A DNA stretch of 64,000 nt from an uncultured Actinomycetes bacterium (GTDB taxonomy: Bacteria; Actinomycetota; Thermoleophilia; RBG-16-64-13): assembly GCA_963706025.1 (NCBI GenBank), contig CAVPLM010000005.1, positions 96,001 to 160,000 on the forward strand, given 5' to 3'. Each line of letters starts with the position of its first letter. Position 1 is the stretch's first letter. A model generated the notes under the pieces. That model saw only the letters and a program-made list of their open reading frames with translations, had not been told where the DNA came from and searched no databases. This document shows positions 32,091 through 41,342 of the stretch, piece by piece. The translations under genes and the position numbers were made by a program.

Positions 32091-32130
32091 GAGTGTTGCA
32101 AAGTGGGGAGAATTGGTTTAAAGTGGGGGA
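32091..32130 (+). promoter_or_regulatory. MraZ operator: four direct repeats at a 10-bp period
   Basis: gAGTGttgca / aAGTGgggag / aAtTGgttta / aAGTGgggga directly before mraZ, matching GTGG-type MraZ boxes. Confidence 0.8.
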
Positions 32131-32140
32131 CATGCAAGAT

Positions 32141-32554
32141 ATGTTGCTATCTGGCGAGTTCGACCACACTCTCGACCCTAAGGGCCGGGTGACTCTGCCG
32201 GCGCGGTATCGCGACTACTTCCGTGACGGCGCGGTTCTCGTGCGCTTCCAGGACAGCGAACCATGCGTGCGCGTATATCACCCGCTTTCCTGGAAAGAGT
32301 TCGATCAGAAATACCTGGAACCTCTCAACGTCTTTGAGAACGAGGCCGACAGCTGGCGCACGCGGACGATCTACAAGAATCAGGATACGGTCGAAGTCGA
32401 TCGCCAAGGCCGGGTCCTACTGCCGGCCAAGCGCATCAAGGAGCTGGGGCTGTCCGGCAGGGTGAAGATCGTGGGCAACCGCACGCATCTAGAGATATGG
32501 AATCCGGGCACTCTGGCTGCGATGGAAGAAGAAAAGGGAGTCGGGAATGCCTAG
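32141..32554 (+). CDS. mraZ: Transcriptional regulator MraZ (alternative start 32132)
   Basis: GEFDHTLDPKGRVTLP and VDRQGRVLLP (two DxxxR motifs), LEIW. Confidence 0.93.
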   Translation: MLLSGEFDHTLDPKGRVTLPARYRDYFRDGAVLVRFQDSEPCVRVYHPLSWKEFDQKYLEPLNVFENEADSWRTRTIYKNQDTVEVDRQGRVLLPAKRIKELGLSGRVKIVGNRTHLEIWNPGTLAAMEEEKGVGNA

Positions 32555-33512
32555 CGCGGCGGCTTCCCTCGTCACGGAGATGGCCATGGCCCATGTCCCG
32601 GTACTGACTGATGAACTGCTCGAACTGCTGGACGTGCGTTCGGACAGCCGAGTGGTCGACTGCACGTTCGGTGGCGGCGGGCACGCGGAAGCCGTGGCTG
32701 GTAGCCTTGGTCCCCAGGGCCTGCTCGTCGCCTGCGACCAGGACCCGATCGCCGAGGGCTACTACCTGACACTGAAGACTGGCCTACTCTGCCCCTCTCG
32801 CTTCTGCTTGGGCAATTTCGCCGCCGTCCTGCCTCGTCTTCTCGAAGAGGGTCTGAGAGCTACGCAGGTATACATGGATCTTGGCGTGAGCAGCATGCAG
32901 ATCGACACGCCGGACAGGGGCTTCTCCTACAGCTACGACGCTCCCCTGGACATGCGTATGGATCCGTCTCTGCCTGTCACCGCCGCGGACATCCTCAACG
33001 GCTGGGCGGAGGCGGCGCTGACGGAGCTCTTTGGCCGTTACGGAGAGGAGCGTTATTCGCGGCGCATCGCCCGCGCGGTGACAGTGCGCAGGTCCTCTGC
33101 CCCCTACACCCGGACATCGGATTTGGTCGACACGATCAAAGGAGCTATTCCCACCCCCGCCCGCTTCGGCGCCGGCAATCCTGCCCGCCGAGTGTTCCAA
33201 GCGCTGCGCATCGAGGTCAACGACGAGCTCAACAGCCTGAAGCGGGCTCTGCCCGAGGCCTTCTCACTGCTGGACCCGGGCGGGATCATGGCGGTGATCA
33301 GCTTCCATTCACTCGAAGACCGTATCGTCAAGGAGTTCTTTGCCGCCAAGGCTCGATCGTGCACCTGTCCTCCCGAGTTCCCCATCTGCGTGTGCGGTGG
33401 GGCCGCCACCGGAGAAGTGCTCACTCCCAAGGCCGTCACCCCTGGAATGCGAGAGCTGGAGATCAATCCTCGCTCGAGCTCGGCCAAGCTCCGGGCTCTT
33501 AGGAAGTTCTGA
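32547..33512 (+). CDS. rsmH: 16S rRNA m4C1402 methyltransferase (start may be 32580 or 32586)
   Basis: HVPVL, DCTFGGGGH, DLGVSSMQID, PLDMRMD, FQALRIEVN, ISFHSLEDRIVK, NPRSSSAKLR. Confidence 0.97.
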   Translation: MPSAAASLVTEMAMAHVPVLTDELLELLDVRSDSRVVDCTFGGGGHAEAVAGSLGPQGLLVACDQDPIAEGYYLTLKTGLLCPSRFCLGNFAAVLPRLLEEGLRATQVYMDLGVSSMQIDTPDRGFSYSYDAPLDMRMDPSLPVTAADILNGWAEAALTELFGRYGEERYSRRIARAVTVRRSSAPYTRTSDLVDTIKGAIPTPARFGAGNPARRVFQALRIEVNDELNSLKRALPEAFSLLDPGGIMAVISFHSLEDRIVKEFFAAKARSCTCPPEFPICVCGGAATGEVLTPKAVTPGMRELEINPRSSSAKLRALRKF

Positions 33513-34042
33513 TGGCCGGCAGCACTCGGTCAGCCTGGATGGACGCCTGGGGGAAAGACCTGGTCCCTTCGGACGCGGCCAGGCGGAGCGCGACTCGCCT
33601 TGAGGCTCGCTCCCGCTCCGCCCGCTACTACGGGCGGGAGGCGACCGCTCGTCGGCTGTCTCAAGCAGAGCCGGAGGCCCAGTACGCTAAGGCTTTACCC
33701 GAACTTAAGGTAGTCAGCCGGCGGAGACCTCGCTGGGGAGCCATTCTTGTCGCGCTGGTGCTCGCCTCCTTCTTACTGGGGGTGTCGATCGTGGTGCCGA
33801 TGCTTGTCAGCGGCGCCACCACTGAGATCGAGTCCGCCGTAGGCGAGTTGGAGGCGCAACAGCGGGAACTTGCTGCGGCTGCCTCCACCCTATCGGCCCA
33901 GGTCTCCGCTCTTTCCTCTCCCGAGCGCGTGGCTGAGCAAGCGATCCAGTTGGGCCTCGTTCCGGCCCAATCGGTCCATTATCTTCAGGCCGAGAGCGGG
34001 ACGGCGGCATCGGAGGGTGATACCACGGTCGCCGGTCGGTGA
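33512..34042 (+). CDS. ftsL: FtsL-like cell division protein
   Basis: Single TM helix, coiled coil, LSSPERVAEQA..LGL; between rsmH and ftsI. Confidence 0.75.
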   Translation: MAGSTRSAWMDAWGKDLVPSDAARRSATRLEARSRSARYYGREATARRLSQAEPEAQYAKALPELKVVSRRRPRWGAILVALVLASFLLGVSIVVPMLVSGATTEIESAVGELEAQQRELAAAASTLSAQVSALSSPERVAEQAIQLGLVPAQSVHYLQAESGTAASEGDTTVAGR

Positions 34043-35703
34043 CCATGAGCCGCGCCAACAAGCGCATCGCGCTGTTCATGGGCTTCGCCCTCCTGTTCCT
34101 CGGTGCCCTGTTGGCCCGGGCCTTCTACGTGCAGGTGGTCGCGGCGCCCGGACTTCAAGAAAAGGCGGAGAACCAGCACGTGCGCACGGTCAAGTTGGAT
34201 GCTCCCCGGGGGACCATCTATGACCGTGATGGCCAACCGCTGGCCGTATCGCAGACGATGGCCACGGTCTACGCGAACCCGAGCCGCATAGGAGATCCCG
34301 CCGGGGTAGCCAAGCGGCTGGCACCCATACTCGGGTGCTCCGAGGAGCAACTGGTGGCCAAGTTGACCGGCGACTCTTACTCGGAGTGTCTCGCGCGAAA
34401 GATCGATCAAGCCGCGGGAGAACGGGTGAAAGAACTCGAGATCCCAGACGTCTGGGTAGTGGCGGAGGACAAGAGGATCTACCCCAAGGGCGCCCTGGCC
34501 CCGCAACTGCTGGGTTTCGTCGGCACCGATAACGAGGGGCTGGCGGGCATCGAATACGAGAATGAAGAAGTGCTCTCCGGCACCCCCGGCACCATGCAGG
34601 TCGTGAGCGACCTCTCCGGGAACCGTCTGGCCACGGTCTCCGTGGAGGCGGCCGTTCCGGGTGAATCCATCACCCTGACTATCGATGAGGACATCCAGTT
34701 CGAGACCGAGAAGGTGCTCACCGCGGTGGTGGAGGAGTTCGAGGCCAAGAGAGCCTGCGCTATCGTTCTTGAGCCCGACACCGGGGAGATACTTGCCATG
34801 GCCAACACTCCCGTGTTCGACACCAACGCGTTCAGCTCGGTCGAGGAGCCGGACCGTCGCAACATGGTGGTGAACGACCAGTACGAGCCCGGGTCCACGT
34901 TCAAGATGGTCGTCACCGCGGCGGCTCTGGAAGGGGGGTTGGTCACCCCGGAGACCACTTTCATATTGGGAAAAGAGATCGAGGTCTACGACCGCGTGGT
35001 CCATGAGTCTCATGCTGAAAGCGTCCCCGACAGGCGGGAGTTGACGGTCACCCAGATACTCGCCCAATCCTCCAACGTGGGGGCGGTGCAACTCGGTCTG
35101 GAAGTCGGCAAGACGCGCCTGGTCGAGATGATCCGCCGGTTCGGGTTCACAGAGAAGCTCGGGATCGGTTTTCCGGGGGAAGCCGACGGCCAGATGCTCG
35201 CTCCGGAGAAATGGTCCGGGACCACCATCGCAAACGTCCCCATCGGTCAGGGGATCGCGGCGTCGCCGCTGCAACTCGCCGCCGCCTACGCAGCTGTCGC
35301 AAATGACGGTCAGCTGGTACAGCCCCATCTCGTCCGCGACTCGAGCCGGCCCTGGACGCGCCGGGTGGTGAGTTCGACAGTGGCGGCTGAGTTGCGAGAC
35401 ATGCTGACCGTCACGGTGGAAGACGGCACCGGCAAACTGGCCCAGGTCAAGGGCTACGTCGTAGCAGGGAAGACGGGGACGGCCCAGAAGGTGAAGACCG
35501 ATGGCAGCGGCTATGCAGAAGACCGTTACATCGCTTCGTTCGTGGGCATGGTGCCCGCCGATGCACCGCGTCTGGTGATCCTGGTCATGGTGGACGAGCC
35601 GGCCAACCAACACCTCGGAGCTTACGTGGCCGCTCCGGCCTTCGCCCAGATCGCGGATTTCTCACTCAAATGCCTGGGCATCGGGCCCTCGACCGCGGAC
35701 TGA
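34039..35703 (+). CDS. ftsI: Division class B penicillin-binding protein
   Basis: RGTIYDRDG, YEPGSTFK, SSN, IGQG, KTGTAQK. Confidence 0.93.
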   Translation: MTMSRANKRIALFMGFALLFLGALLARAFYVQVVAAPGLQEKAENQHVRTVKLDAPRGTIYDRDGQPLAVSQTMATVYANPSRIGDPAGVAKRLAPILGCSEEQLVAKLTGDSYSECLARKIDQAAGERVKELEIPDVWVVAEDKRIYPKGALAPQLLGFVGTDNEGLAGIEYENEEVLSGTPGTMQVVSDLSGNRLATVSVEAAVPGESITLTIDEDIQFETEKVLTAVVEEFEAKRACAIVLEPDTGEILAMANTPVFDTNAFSSVEEPDRRNMVVNDQYEPGSTFKMVVTAAALEGGLVTPETTFILGKEIEVYDRVVHESHAESVPDRRELTVTQILAQSSNVGAVQLGLEVGKTRLVEMIRRFGFTEKLGIGFPGEADGQMLAPEKWSGTTIANVPIGQGIAASPLQLAAAYAAVANDGQLVQPHLVRDSSRPWTRRVVSSTVAAELRDMLTVTVEDGTGKLAQVKGYVVAGKTGTAQKVKTDGSGYAEDRYIASFVGMVPADAPRLVILVMVDEPANQHLGAYVAAPAFAQIADFSLKCLGIGPSTAD

Positions 35704-35745
35704 ACGGTGGGAGCTCCGGGTCGGCGCCGGGCAGGACCCACCGGA

Positions 35746-35754
35746 TGGTAGAAT
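35746..35754 (+). promoter_or_regulatory. Extended -10 (TGgTAGAAT) 7 nt before the murE GTG; probable leaderless promoter
   Basis: Box-to-start spacing of 7 nt and no Shine-Dalgarno. Confidence 0.6.
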
Positions 35755-35761
35755 CCCGGTC

Positions 35762-37288
35762 GTGAGACTCAGTGACCTCTTCGCCAGTGTGGAGGGCTGT
35801 CGCCTGGCCGGCGCTGCCGATGTCCACATCAGTTCACTCAGCTATCGGAGCGACCAAGCTGGTGAGGGCACCCTCTTCTTCTGCGTGCCTGGATTCGTGC
35901 GTGATGGGCACGACTTCGCGCCGGACGCGGTCGCTCGGGGGGCGAGCGCCCTGTGTGTCGAGCGACCCCTCGACCTTCCGGTCGCGCAGGTGGTAGTGCC
36001 TTCGGTGCGGCAGGCTATGGGACCGGTGGCTGCGGCGTTCTACGGTCGCCCGAGTTCTCGTCTACTCACAGTGGGCATCACAGGTACCAACGGCAAGACC
36101 ACCTCTGCTTTCCTGGTGGCCCACCTCTTGGATCGCGCAGGTCACAGGGCGGGACTCATGGGCACGGTGGAGCGCCGGATCGGAGGCGAGGTCCTTCCGG
36201 CCGGACGCACCACTCCGGAAGCGCTCGACATCCAGCGGGACCTGGCTAGCATGGTGGCGGCTGGGGACGAGGCGGCGGTGATGGAGGTGTCGTCTCACGC
36301 CCTCGATCTCGGCCGGGCTCGGGGAATCGATTTCCGGGCGGTGGCGTTCACCAACCTGACCCAGGACCACCTCGACTATCACGAGACCCTCGAAGCATAT
36401 TTCTCCGCCAAAAGCCGGCTGTTTCTCGATCCCGAGTTCGCCGGCGGAAGACCCGCGATAGTGATCAACGTCGACGATGCCTTCGGTCGGATGCTGGCGA
36501 ACCGGTGTGACCCTCAGAACATGATCCGAATCTCGAGCTCCGGCCAGTGGTCGGGACCGGACGCCGCGGAGATGGAGTTGAGCGACTTCGTCATCGATGC
36601 CAGCGGCACCAAGGGCGTTCTCGTCCTGCGCGGAAAGGCTCGCGAGCGGGCGAAGGGGGTCGGCGGTCCCGAGTCGCGCCTCGAAGTGGAGACCCGTCTG
36701 GTGGGAGCGTTCAACGTGGCGAACACCCTCACCGCCTTGGGCATCGGTCTGGGTCTTGGTCTGGATCTGGAGCATATGCTGTTTGCACTCAGCGCGTTCC
36801 CCGGCGTCCCTGGCCGGATGGAACCGGTGGATGCCGGGCAGGACTTCGCTGTGCTGGTCGATTACGCGCATACGCCCGACTCCGTGCGCAATGTGCTGAG
36901 CACGGCTCGAGAGATCACGAAGGGCCGGCTCATCGCTGTGCTGGGTTGCGGGGGGGATCGTGATCGGGGCAAACGCCCCCAGATGGGCCACGAGGCGGAG
37001 ATCGGAGCGGATGTTGTGGTGATCACCTCCGACAATCCGCGCACGGAGCGGCCCGAAGCCATAATCGCCGATATCGTAGCGGGTCTGGAGCGCCCTTCCG
37101 ACGCCAAAGTGCGGCCGGACCGCCGGAAAGCCATCGAGGAGGCCGTCGTCGAGGCGCGCGCCGGCGACGTGGTTCTGATCTTGGGCAAGGGCCATGAATC
37201 CGGGCAGGAGTTTGCGACCGAGACCCTACCTTTCGACGATCGGTCGGTGGCCCGGGAGGCCCTGACCTCGCGGGCGAGGGGTCGGTAG
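35762..37288 (+). CDS. murE: MurE ligase, meso-DAP type
   Basis: ITGTNGKTT, TTPE, MEVSSH, NLTQDHLDYH, VDYAHTPD, DNPR specificity motif, GKGHE. Confidence 0.97.
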   Translation: MRLSDLFASVEGCRLAGAADVHISSLSYRSDQAGEGTLFFCVPGFVRDGHDFAPDAVARGASALCVERPLDLPVAQVVVPSVRQAMGPVAAAFYGRPSSRLLTVGITGTNGKTTSAFLVAHLLDRAGHRAGLMGTVERRIGGEVLPAGRTTPEALDIQRDLASMVAAGDEAAVMEVSSHALDLGRARGIDFRAVAFTNLTQDHLDYHETLEAYFSAKSRLFLDPEFAGGRPAIVINVDDAFGRMLANRCDPQNMIRISSSGQWSGPDAAEMELSDFVIDASGTKGVLVLRGKARERAKGVGGPESRLEVETRLVGAFNVANTLTALGIGLGLGLDLEHMLFALSAFPGVPGRMEPVDAGQDFAVLVDYAHTPDSVRNVLSTAREITKGRLIAVLGCGGDRDRGKRPQMGHEAEIGADVVVITSDNPRTERPEAIIADIVAGLERPSDAKVRPDRRKAIEEAVVEARAGDVVLILGKGHESGQEFATETLPFDDRSVAREALTSRARGR

Positions 37289-38829
37289 TGATCGTGCTCA
37301 GCACAGAGGAGGCGGGGCGCGCGCTCGGCCTTCGGCCGTTGGCCGCGCCCGTGACAGGCGTTTGCATCGACAGTCGGCAGGTCCGGCCCGGGGACCTGTT
37401 CGTGGCGCTGCAAGGCGAGCGTTTCGACGGTCATGATTTCGTCGCCGAGGCCCTCGCCGCGGGCGCGTCCGGAGCCCTGGTGGAGGGGCGGCGATGGACG
37501 GACGAAAGAACCGGGGAGCTGGTTCGGCCGGTCCCTAGTGGGGCGGCTCCGACTCTTGATGCAAGACGGATGGTATATCCAGTCGACGATACGCTGGTGG
37601 CGTTGAGCGCCCTGGCCAGGGAAGTGCGGCGGAAGTCGGCAGCAACGGTTGTGGCCGTCACGGGAAGCGTGGGCAAGACCAGCACCAAGGACCTTATCAG
37701 CGCGATGGCTGGGAGAGCGCGCCGGGTGGTGGTCACGGCTGCGAACCAGAACAACGAGGTGGGAGTGCCTCTCACGCTGCTTGCCATCGAGCCAGACACG
37801 GAGTTGGTCGTTGTCGAGATGGGCATGAGGGGACACGGTCAGATCGAAGCCCTCGCCCGAGTGGCCGAACCCGACATAGGGGTCGTCACGAACATCCATC
37901 CAGTTCACCTAGAGCTTCTGGGAACTCTCGAGAATGTGGCTAAAGCTAAGGCTGAGCTATTGGGCTCTTTGAGGCCTGGCGGGGTGGCGGTCATCCCCGC
38001 GGACTGCGGTCTCCTGGGGCCTTACGTCGCCGCCGCGTCCTGCCGGGTGGTCAGGTTCAGCTTTGGTTCCACGGCCGTGGTTGGCGATGGTGCAGAGGTC
38101 CACGGCTTCTTGCGCTCGGACGGGCCGAAGGGGACTGCGGTCTTGTGCCTGCATTGGCCTGAGGGTGAAGCCGAGGTTGAGGTCCCCTTCGGCTCCCGGC
38201 ACCGTCTTGAGAACGCAGTGGCGGCCGCCGCCGCCTGCTATGCCGCCGGTCTACCCATGGACCGGTGCGTTGCCGGAGTGGCGGACGCCCGCTTCAGCAG
38301 GTCTCGGGGAGACATCATGCGCCTGCCGGGGGTCACGCTGATCGACGACACCTACAACGCCAGCCCGGCGGCGGTCCGGGCGGCACTCGACGACCTCGTC
38401 GAGCTTGCGGCGGAATCGGGTGGTCGGCCGGTGGCCGTCCTGGGTGACATGTTGGAGCTGGGAAGGGGCGCGCAGGATTACCATGAAGCCACGGGCGCCT
38501 ACGCGGCTGAGGCCGGGGTGGGTGCTCTTTGGGGAGTGGGCCCTCTGTCTCGTTACACCGTCGAGGGTTTCCGCCGAGCGCGGGCCTGGGGCGCTGAGAA
38601 GGAGACGTCACTGCCCCTGCGGGCAGGAAATCTGCGTTCGGCCGACGAAGCCTCCCCCGTATTGGCAGGCTTGCACCGCGGCGATGTGGTCCTCCTCAAA
38701 GCTTCGCGAAGCATGGGGTTGGAGGTCCTGGTGCAGCACATCGCCGAGGAAGCGGCGGCCGGTAGGTGGCTTGGTCCGTCTGAGGCGGATGCGGACAAGG
38801 ATGGTTCGACGGAGGGATCGCAGGCATGA
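37288..38829 (+). CDS. murF: MurF ligase
   Basis: DSR, GERFDGHDF, TGSVGKTSTK, NNEVGVP, EMGM, DDTYNASP, LGDMLELG, KASR. Confidence 0.96.
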   Translation: MIVLSTEEAGRALGLRPLAAPVTGVCIDSRQVRPGDLFVALQGERFDGHDFVAEALAAGASGALVEGRRWTDERTGELVRPVPSGAAPTLDARRMVYPVDDTLVALSALAREVRRKSAATVVAVTGSVGKTSTKDLISAMAGRARRVVVTAANQNNEVGVPLTLLAIEPDTELVVVEMGMRGHGQIEALARVAEPDIGVVTNIHPVHLELLGTLENVAKAKAELLGSLRPGGVAVIPADCGLLGPYVAAASCRVVRFSFGSTAVVGDGAEVHGFLRSDGPKGTAVLCLHWPEGEAEVEVPFGSRHRLENAVAAAAACYAAGLPMDRCVAGVADARFSRSRGDIMRLPGVTLIDDTYNASPAAVRAALDDLVELAAESGGRPVAVLGDMLELGRGAQDYHEATGAYAAEAGVGALWGVGPLSRYTVEGFRRARAWGAEKETSLPLRAGNLRSADEASPVLAGLHRGDVVLLKASRSMGLEVLVQHIAEEAAAGRWLGPSEADADKDGSTEGSQA

Positions 38830-39806
38830 CAAAAGTCATGGCGGCTACATTGGTGGCTATGGTCATCGCGATGCTCGCGGGACCGCGCTACATCCGCTGG
38901 CTGCAGCGGAGGGGGATCGGGCAGACCATCCGGGAACTGACCCCCGAGCGGCACAGTGCCAAAGAGGGCACTCCCACGATGGGGGGCGTGCTCATCCTAG
39001 TAGCGGCGGTCATCCCGTATCTCATCTTCGCCAGCAAGGCGGTACCCAGTCTGGTGGTGTTCATAGTGGCCTTCGGATCAGGTGCGATCGGCCTGGCCGA
39101 CGATCTGATCAGCAAGCGACGGCAGCGCTCTCTGGGGCTCAGTGCCAGGATCAAGCTGCTGCTGCAGGTGCCGTTGGTCGTGTTGGCGGTGTTCATAGCG
39201 CTCCGCTGGGGAGGCGTGGACACCGATCTCACGTTGCCGTTCGTACGTGAGGGGCTCGCCATCGGCGGGTTCTATTATGTATTCGCCTTCTTTCTCATCG
39301 CCGGTTTCTCCAATGCCGTGAACCTCACCGATGGCCTGGACGGGTTAGCTGCGGGGGCGGTCGCGGTGGCTATGTTCGCCTATGCTGGGATCGCTTTTCT
39401 CAGGGGGGAGACCGACCTGGCTGTGTTGGCTTCCTGTTTGACGGGGGCCTCGGTGGGCTTCCTCTGGTACAACACCCATCCGGCCAGCGTGTTCATGGGA
39501 GATACGGGCTCTCTGGCGCTGGGCGCGGGCCTGGCGGGGATCGCGATCGCGACGGAGATGGAGATACTGCTCCTTTTGATCGGCGGATTGTTCGTCGTGG
39601 AAGCCCTGAGCGTCATGATCCAGGTCATCAGCTTCCGCTTCTTCCACCGCCGGGTCTTCCTCATGGCCCCGCTCCACCATCATTTCGAGCTCAAGAATTG
39701 GTCCGAGACCAAGATCATCGTGCGCTTCTGGATAATCGCGGCGATCCTGGCTGCCGCTGGGTTCGCCCTCTATTACCTCAGCAACACCCGTCTCCCGGCG
39801 GTCTGA
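38826..39806 (+). CDS. mraY: Phospho-N-acetylmuramoyl-pentapeptide transferase
   Basis: KEGTPTMGG, ADD, NAVNLTDGLDGL, FMGDTGS, MAPLHHHFE. Confidence 0.97.
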   Translation: MTKVMAATLVAMVIAMLAGPRYIRWLQRRGIGQTIRELTPERHSAKEGTPTMGGVLILVAAVIPYLIFASKAVPSLVVFIVAFGSGAIGLADDLISKRRQRSLGLSARIKLLLQVPLVVLAVFIALRWGGVDTDLTLPFVREGLAIGGFYYVFAFFLIAGFSNAVNLTDGLDGLAAGAVAVAMFAYAGIAFLRGETDLAVLASCLTGASVGFLWYNTHPASVFMGDTGSLALGAGLAGIAIATEMEILLLLIGGLFVVEALSVMIQVISFRFFHRRVFLMAPLHHHFELKNWSETKIIVRFWIIAAILAAAGFALYYLSNTRLPAV

Positions 39807-39808
39807 CC

Positions 39809-41326
39809 TTGGTCGCGCCCGAAAACCGGCATCGGGAGGTCGTACCGGGAGGGGCCGGCCTGCCCCCGTGGGTGCGCCGCGTGCTGGTGTTGGGAGCCAG
39901 CCGCTCCGGCACCAGCGCCGCCATGGCCTTGGCCGGCCTGGGACTCGAGGTGTATCTCGCCGATCGCAAAGACCCCGATTCGTTGTCCGGCATGGCGGCG
40001 ACCTCGGCCGCCGGAGTGCGCTTCCTGAAGGAAGAAGACCTGGCCTCAAGCTGGCCTACGCCCGATCTGGTGGTGAAGAGCCCGGGCGTGCCGGGAGAGG
40101 TCTGGCCGGTGGTCAGCGCCCGCCGGCAGGGAGTGCCCGTTTGGAGCGAAGTGGAGCTGGCTTACGTCCTGCTCCCGAATCCGTTCGATGCCATCACCGG
40201 CACCAACGGCAAGACCACCACCACCGCCCTCCTCGGACACCTCTTCTCCACCGCGGGCCGGCCTGCGCGGGTCCTCGGCAACATCGGTGTGGCCGTGACC
40301 TCGGCCGCGAGCGATGCCGGCCCTGGCGAGGAACTGGTAGTGGAGGTATCGAGCTTCCAATTGGAGGATATCCACTCCTTCCGGCCGGCGGCCGGCGTGT
40401 TTCTGAATCTGACCGCGGACCATTTGGACCGTCATGGAAGTATGGAGCGGTATATGGCCTGCAAATCGAGGCTCTTTGCCAACCAGCGCCCCGGGGACGC
40501 AGCCGTGCTCAATCTCACCGACCCGGTGGTCGCGGGGCTGGGGGCAGAGTTGGCGGGCCGCGTCGATGGTCCGCGGGTGTCGTTCTTCTCGGTGAAGGGG
40601 GCGGAGCCGGTGGCCGTCTCGAGGGCCACCGGCTCCGCCCCGACCGTCGTGGCGCCCGCCGGACACGCCCGGGGTGAGAGTGTGGTCTTCTCGCCGGCTG
40701 CCTGGGTGGCCGATGGTCGGGTCTTTCTGCAGGGAGAGCCGGTGCTCCGAGTGGGCGACATCCGACTACCCGGTGTTCATAACTTGGAGAACTGCCTGGC
40801 TGCGGGCTTGGCCGCAGTCGCTCGGGGAGTCGAGAAAGCCGCCGTGGCGGAAGGGTTGCGCACTTTTGCCGGGGTGGCACACCGCCTGGAGAGCGCAGGA
40901 ATCATCGCGGGGGTGACGTATGTCAACGATAGCAAGGCGACCAACGTCGAAGCGACGCTGACGGCTCTGAGAACCTACCCGGAAAGGATCCATCTGATCT
41001 TGGGGGGGCGGGACAAGGCTTCGGACTACCGGCCGATCGCTCGTGCCTGTTCCCAAGGGTGCCGGGCGGTCTATCTCATCGGCGAGGCCGCCCCTCTTAT
41101 CGCGGAGGCTTTCGCCGAGGTGCGATTGCGAGAGGGTCGGGACGAGCTGCCCGAGCCCAGGACGTCCGGAGACCTGGAGAGTGCGGTGCTGGCGGCCGCG
41201 GCGGCGGCCGTCGCCGGAGACGTGGTGCTTCTCGCGCCCGCATGCGCCAGTTTTGACCAGTACAGGGACTTCGAAGAGCGAGGGGATCACTTCCGGGCCA
41301 TCGTGGCCGGGCTGGCCGGAAAGTGA
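39809..41326 (+). CDS. murD: MurD ligase (start approximate)
   Basis: VKSPGV, ITGTNGKTTT, EVSSFQL, DHLDRH, HRLE, NDSKATN, APACASFDQY. Confidence 0.95.
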   Translation: MVAPENRHREVVPGGAGLPPWVRRVLVLGASRSGTSAAMALAGLGLEVYLADRKDPDSLSGMAATSAAGVRFLKEEDLASSWPTPDLVVKSPGVPGEVWPVVSARRQGVPVWSEVELAYVLLPNPFDAITGTNGKTTTTALLGHLFSTAGRPARVLGNIGVAVTSAASDAGPGEELVVEVSSFQLEDIHSFRPAAGVFLNLTADHLDRHGSMERYMACKSRLFANQRPGDAAVLNLTDPVVAGLGAELAGRVDGPRVSFFSVKGAEPVAVSRATGSAPTVVAPAGHARGESVVFSPAAWVADGRVFLQGEPVLRVGDIRLPGVHNLENCLAAGLAAVARGVEKAAVAEGLRTFAGVAHRLESAGIIAGVTYVNDSKATNVEATLTALRTYPERIHLILGGRDKASDYRPIARACSQGCRAVYLIGEAAPLIAEAFAEVRLREGRDELPEPRTSGDLESAVLAAAAAAVAGDVVLLAPACASFDQYRDFEERGDHFRAIVAGLAGK

Positions 41327-41342
41327 TCGAAAGGGAGCCTCA

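Noticed and set aside
31935-32192. 85-aa ORF, or an ncRNA/foreign insert, in the AT-rich pcrA-mraZ gap
   Set aside because: Atypical composition and no RBS; the region is adequately explained by promoter and operator elements
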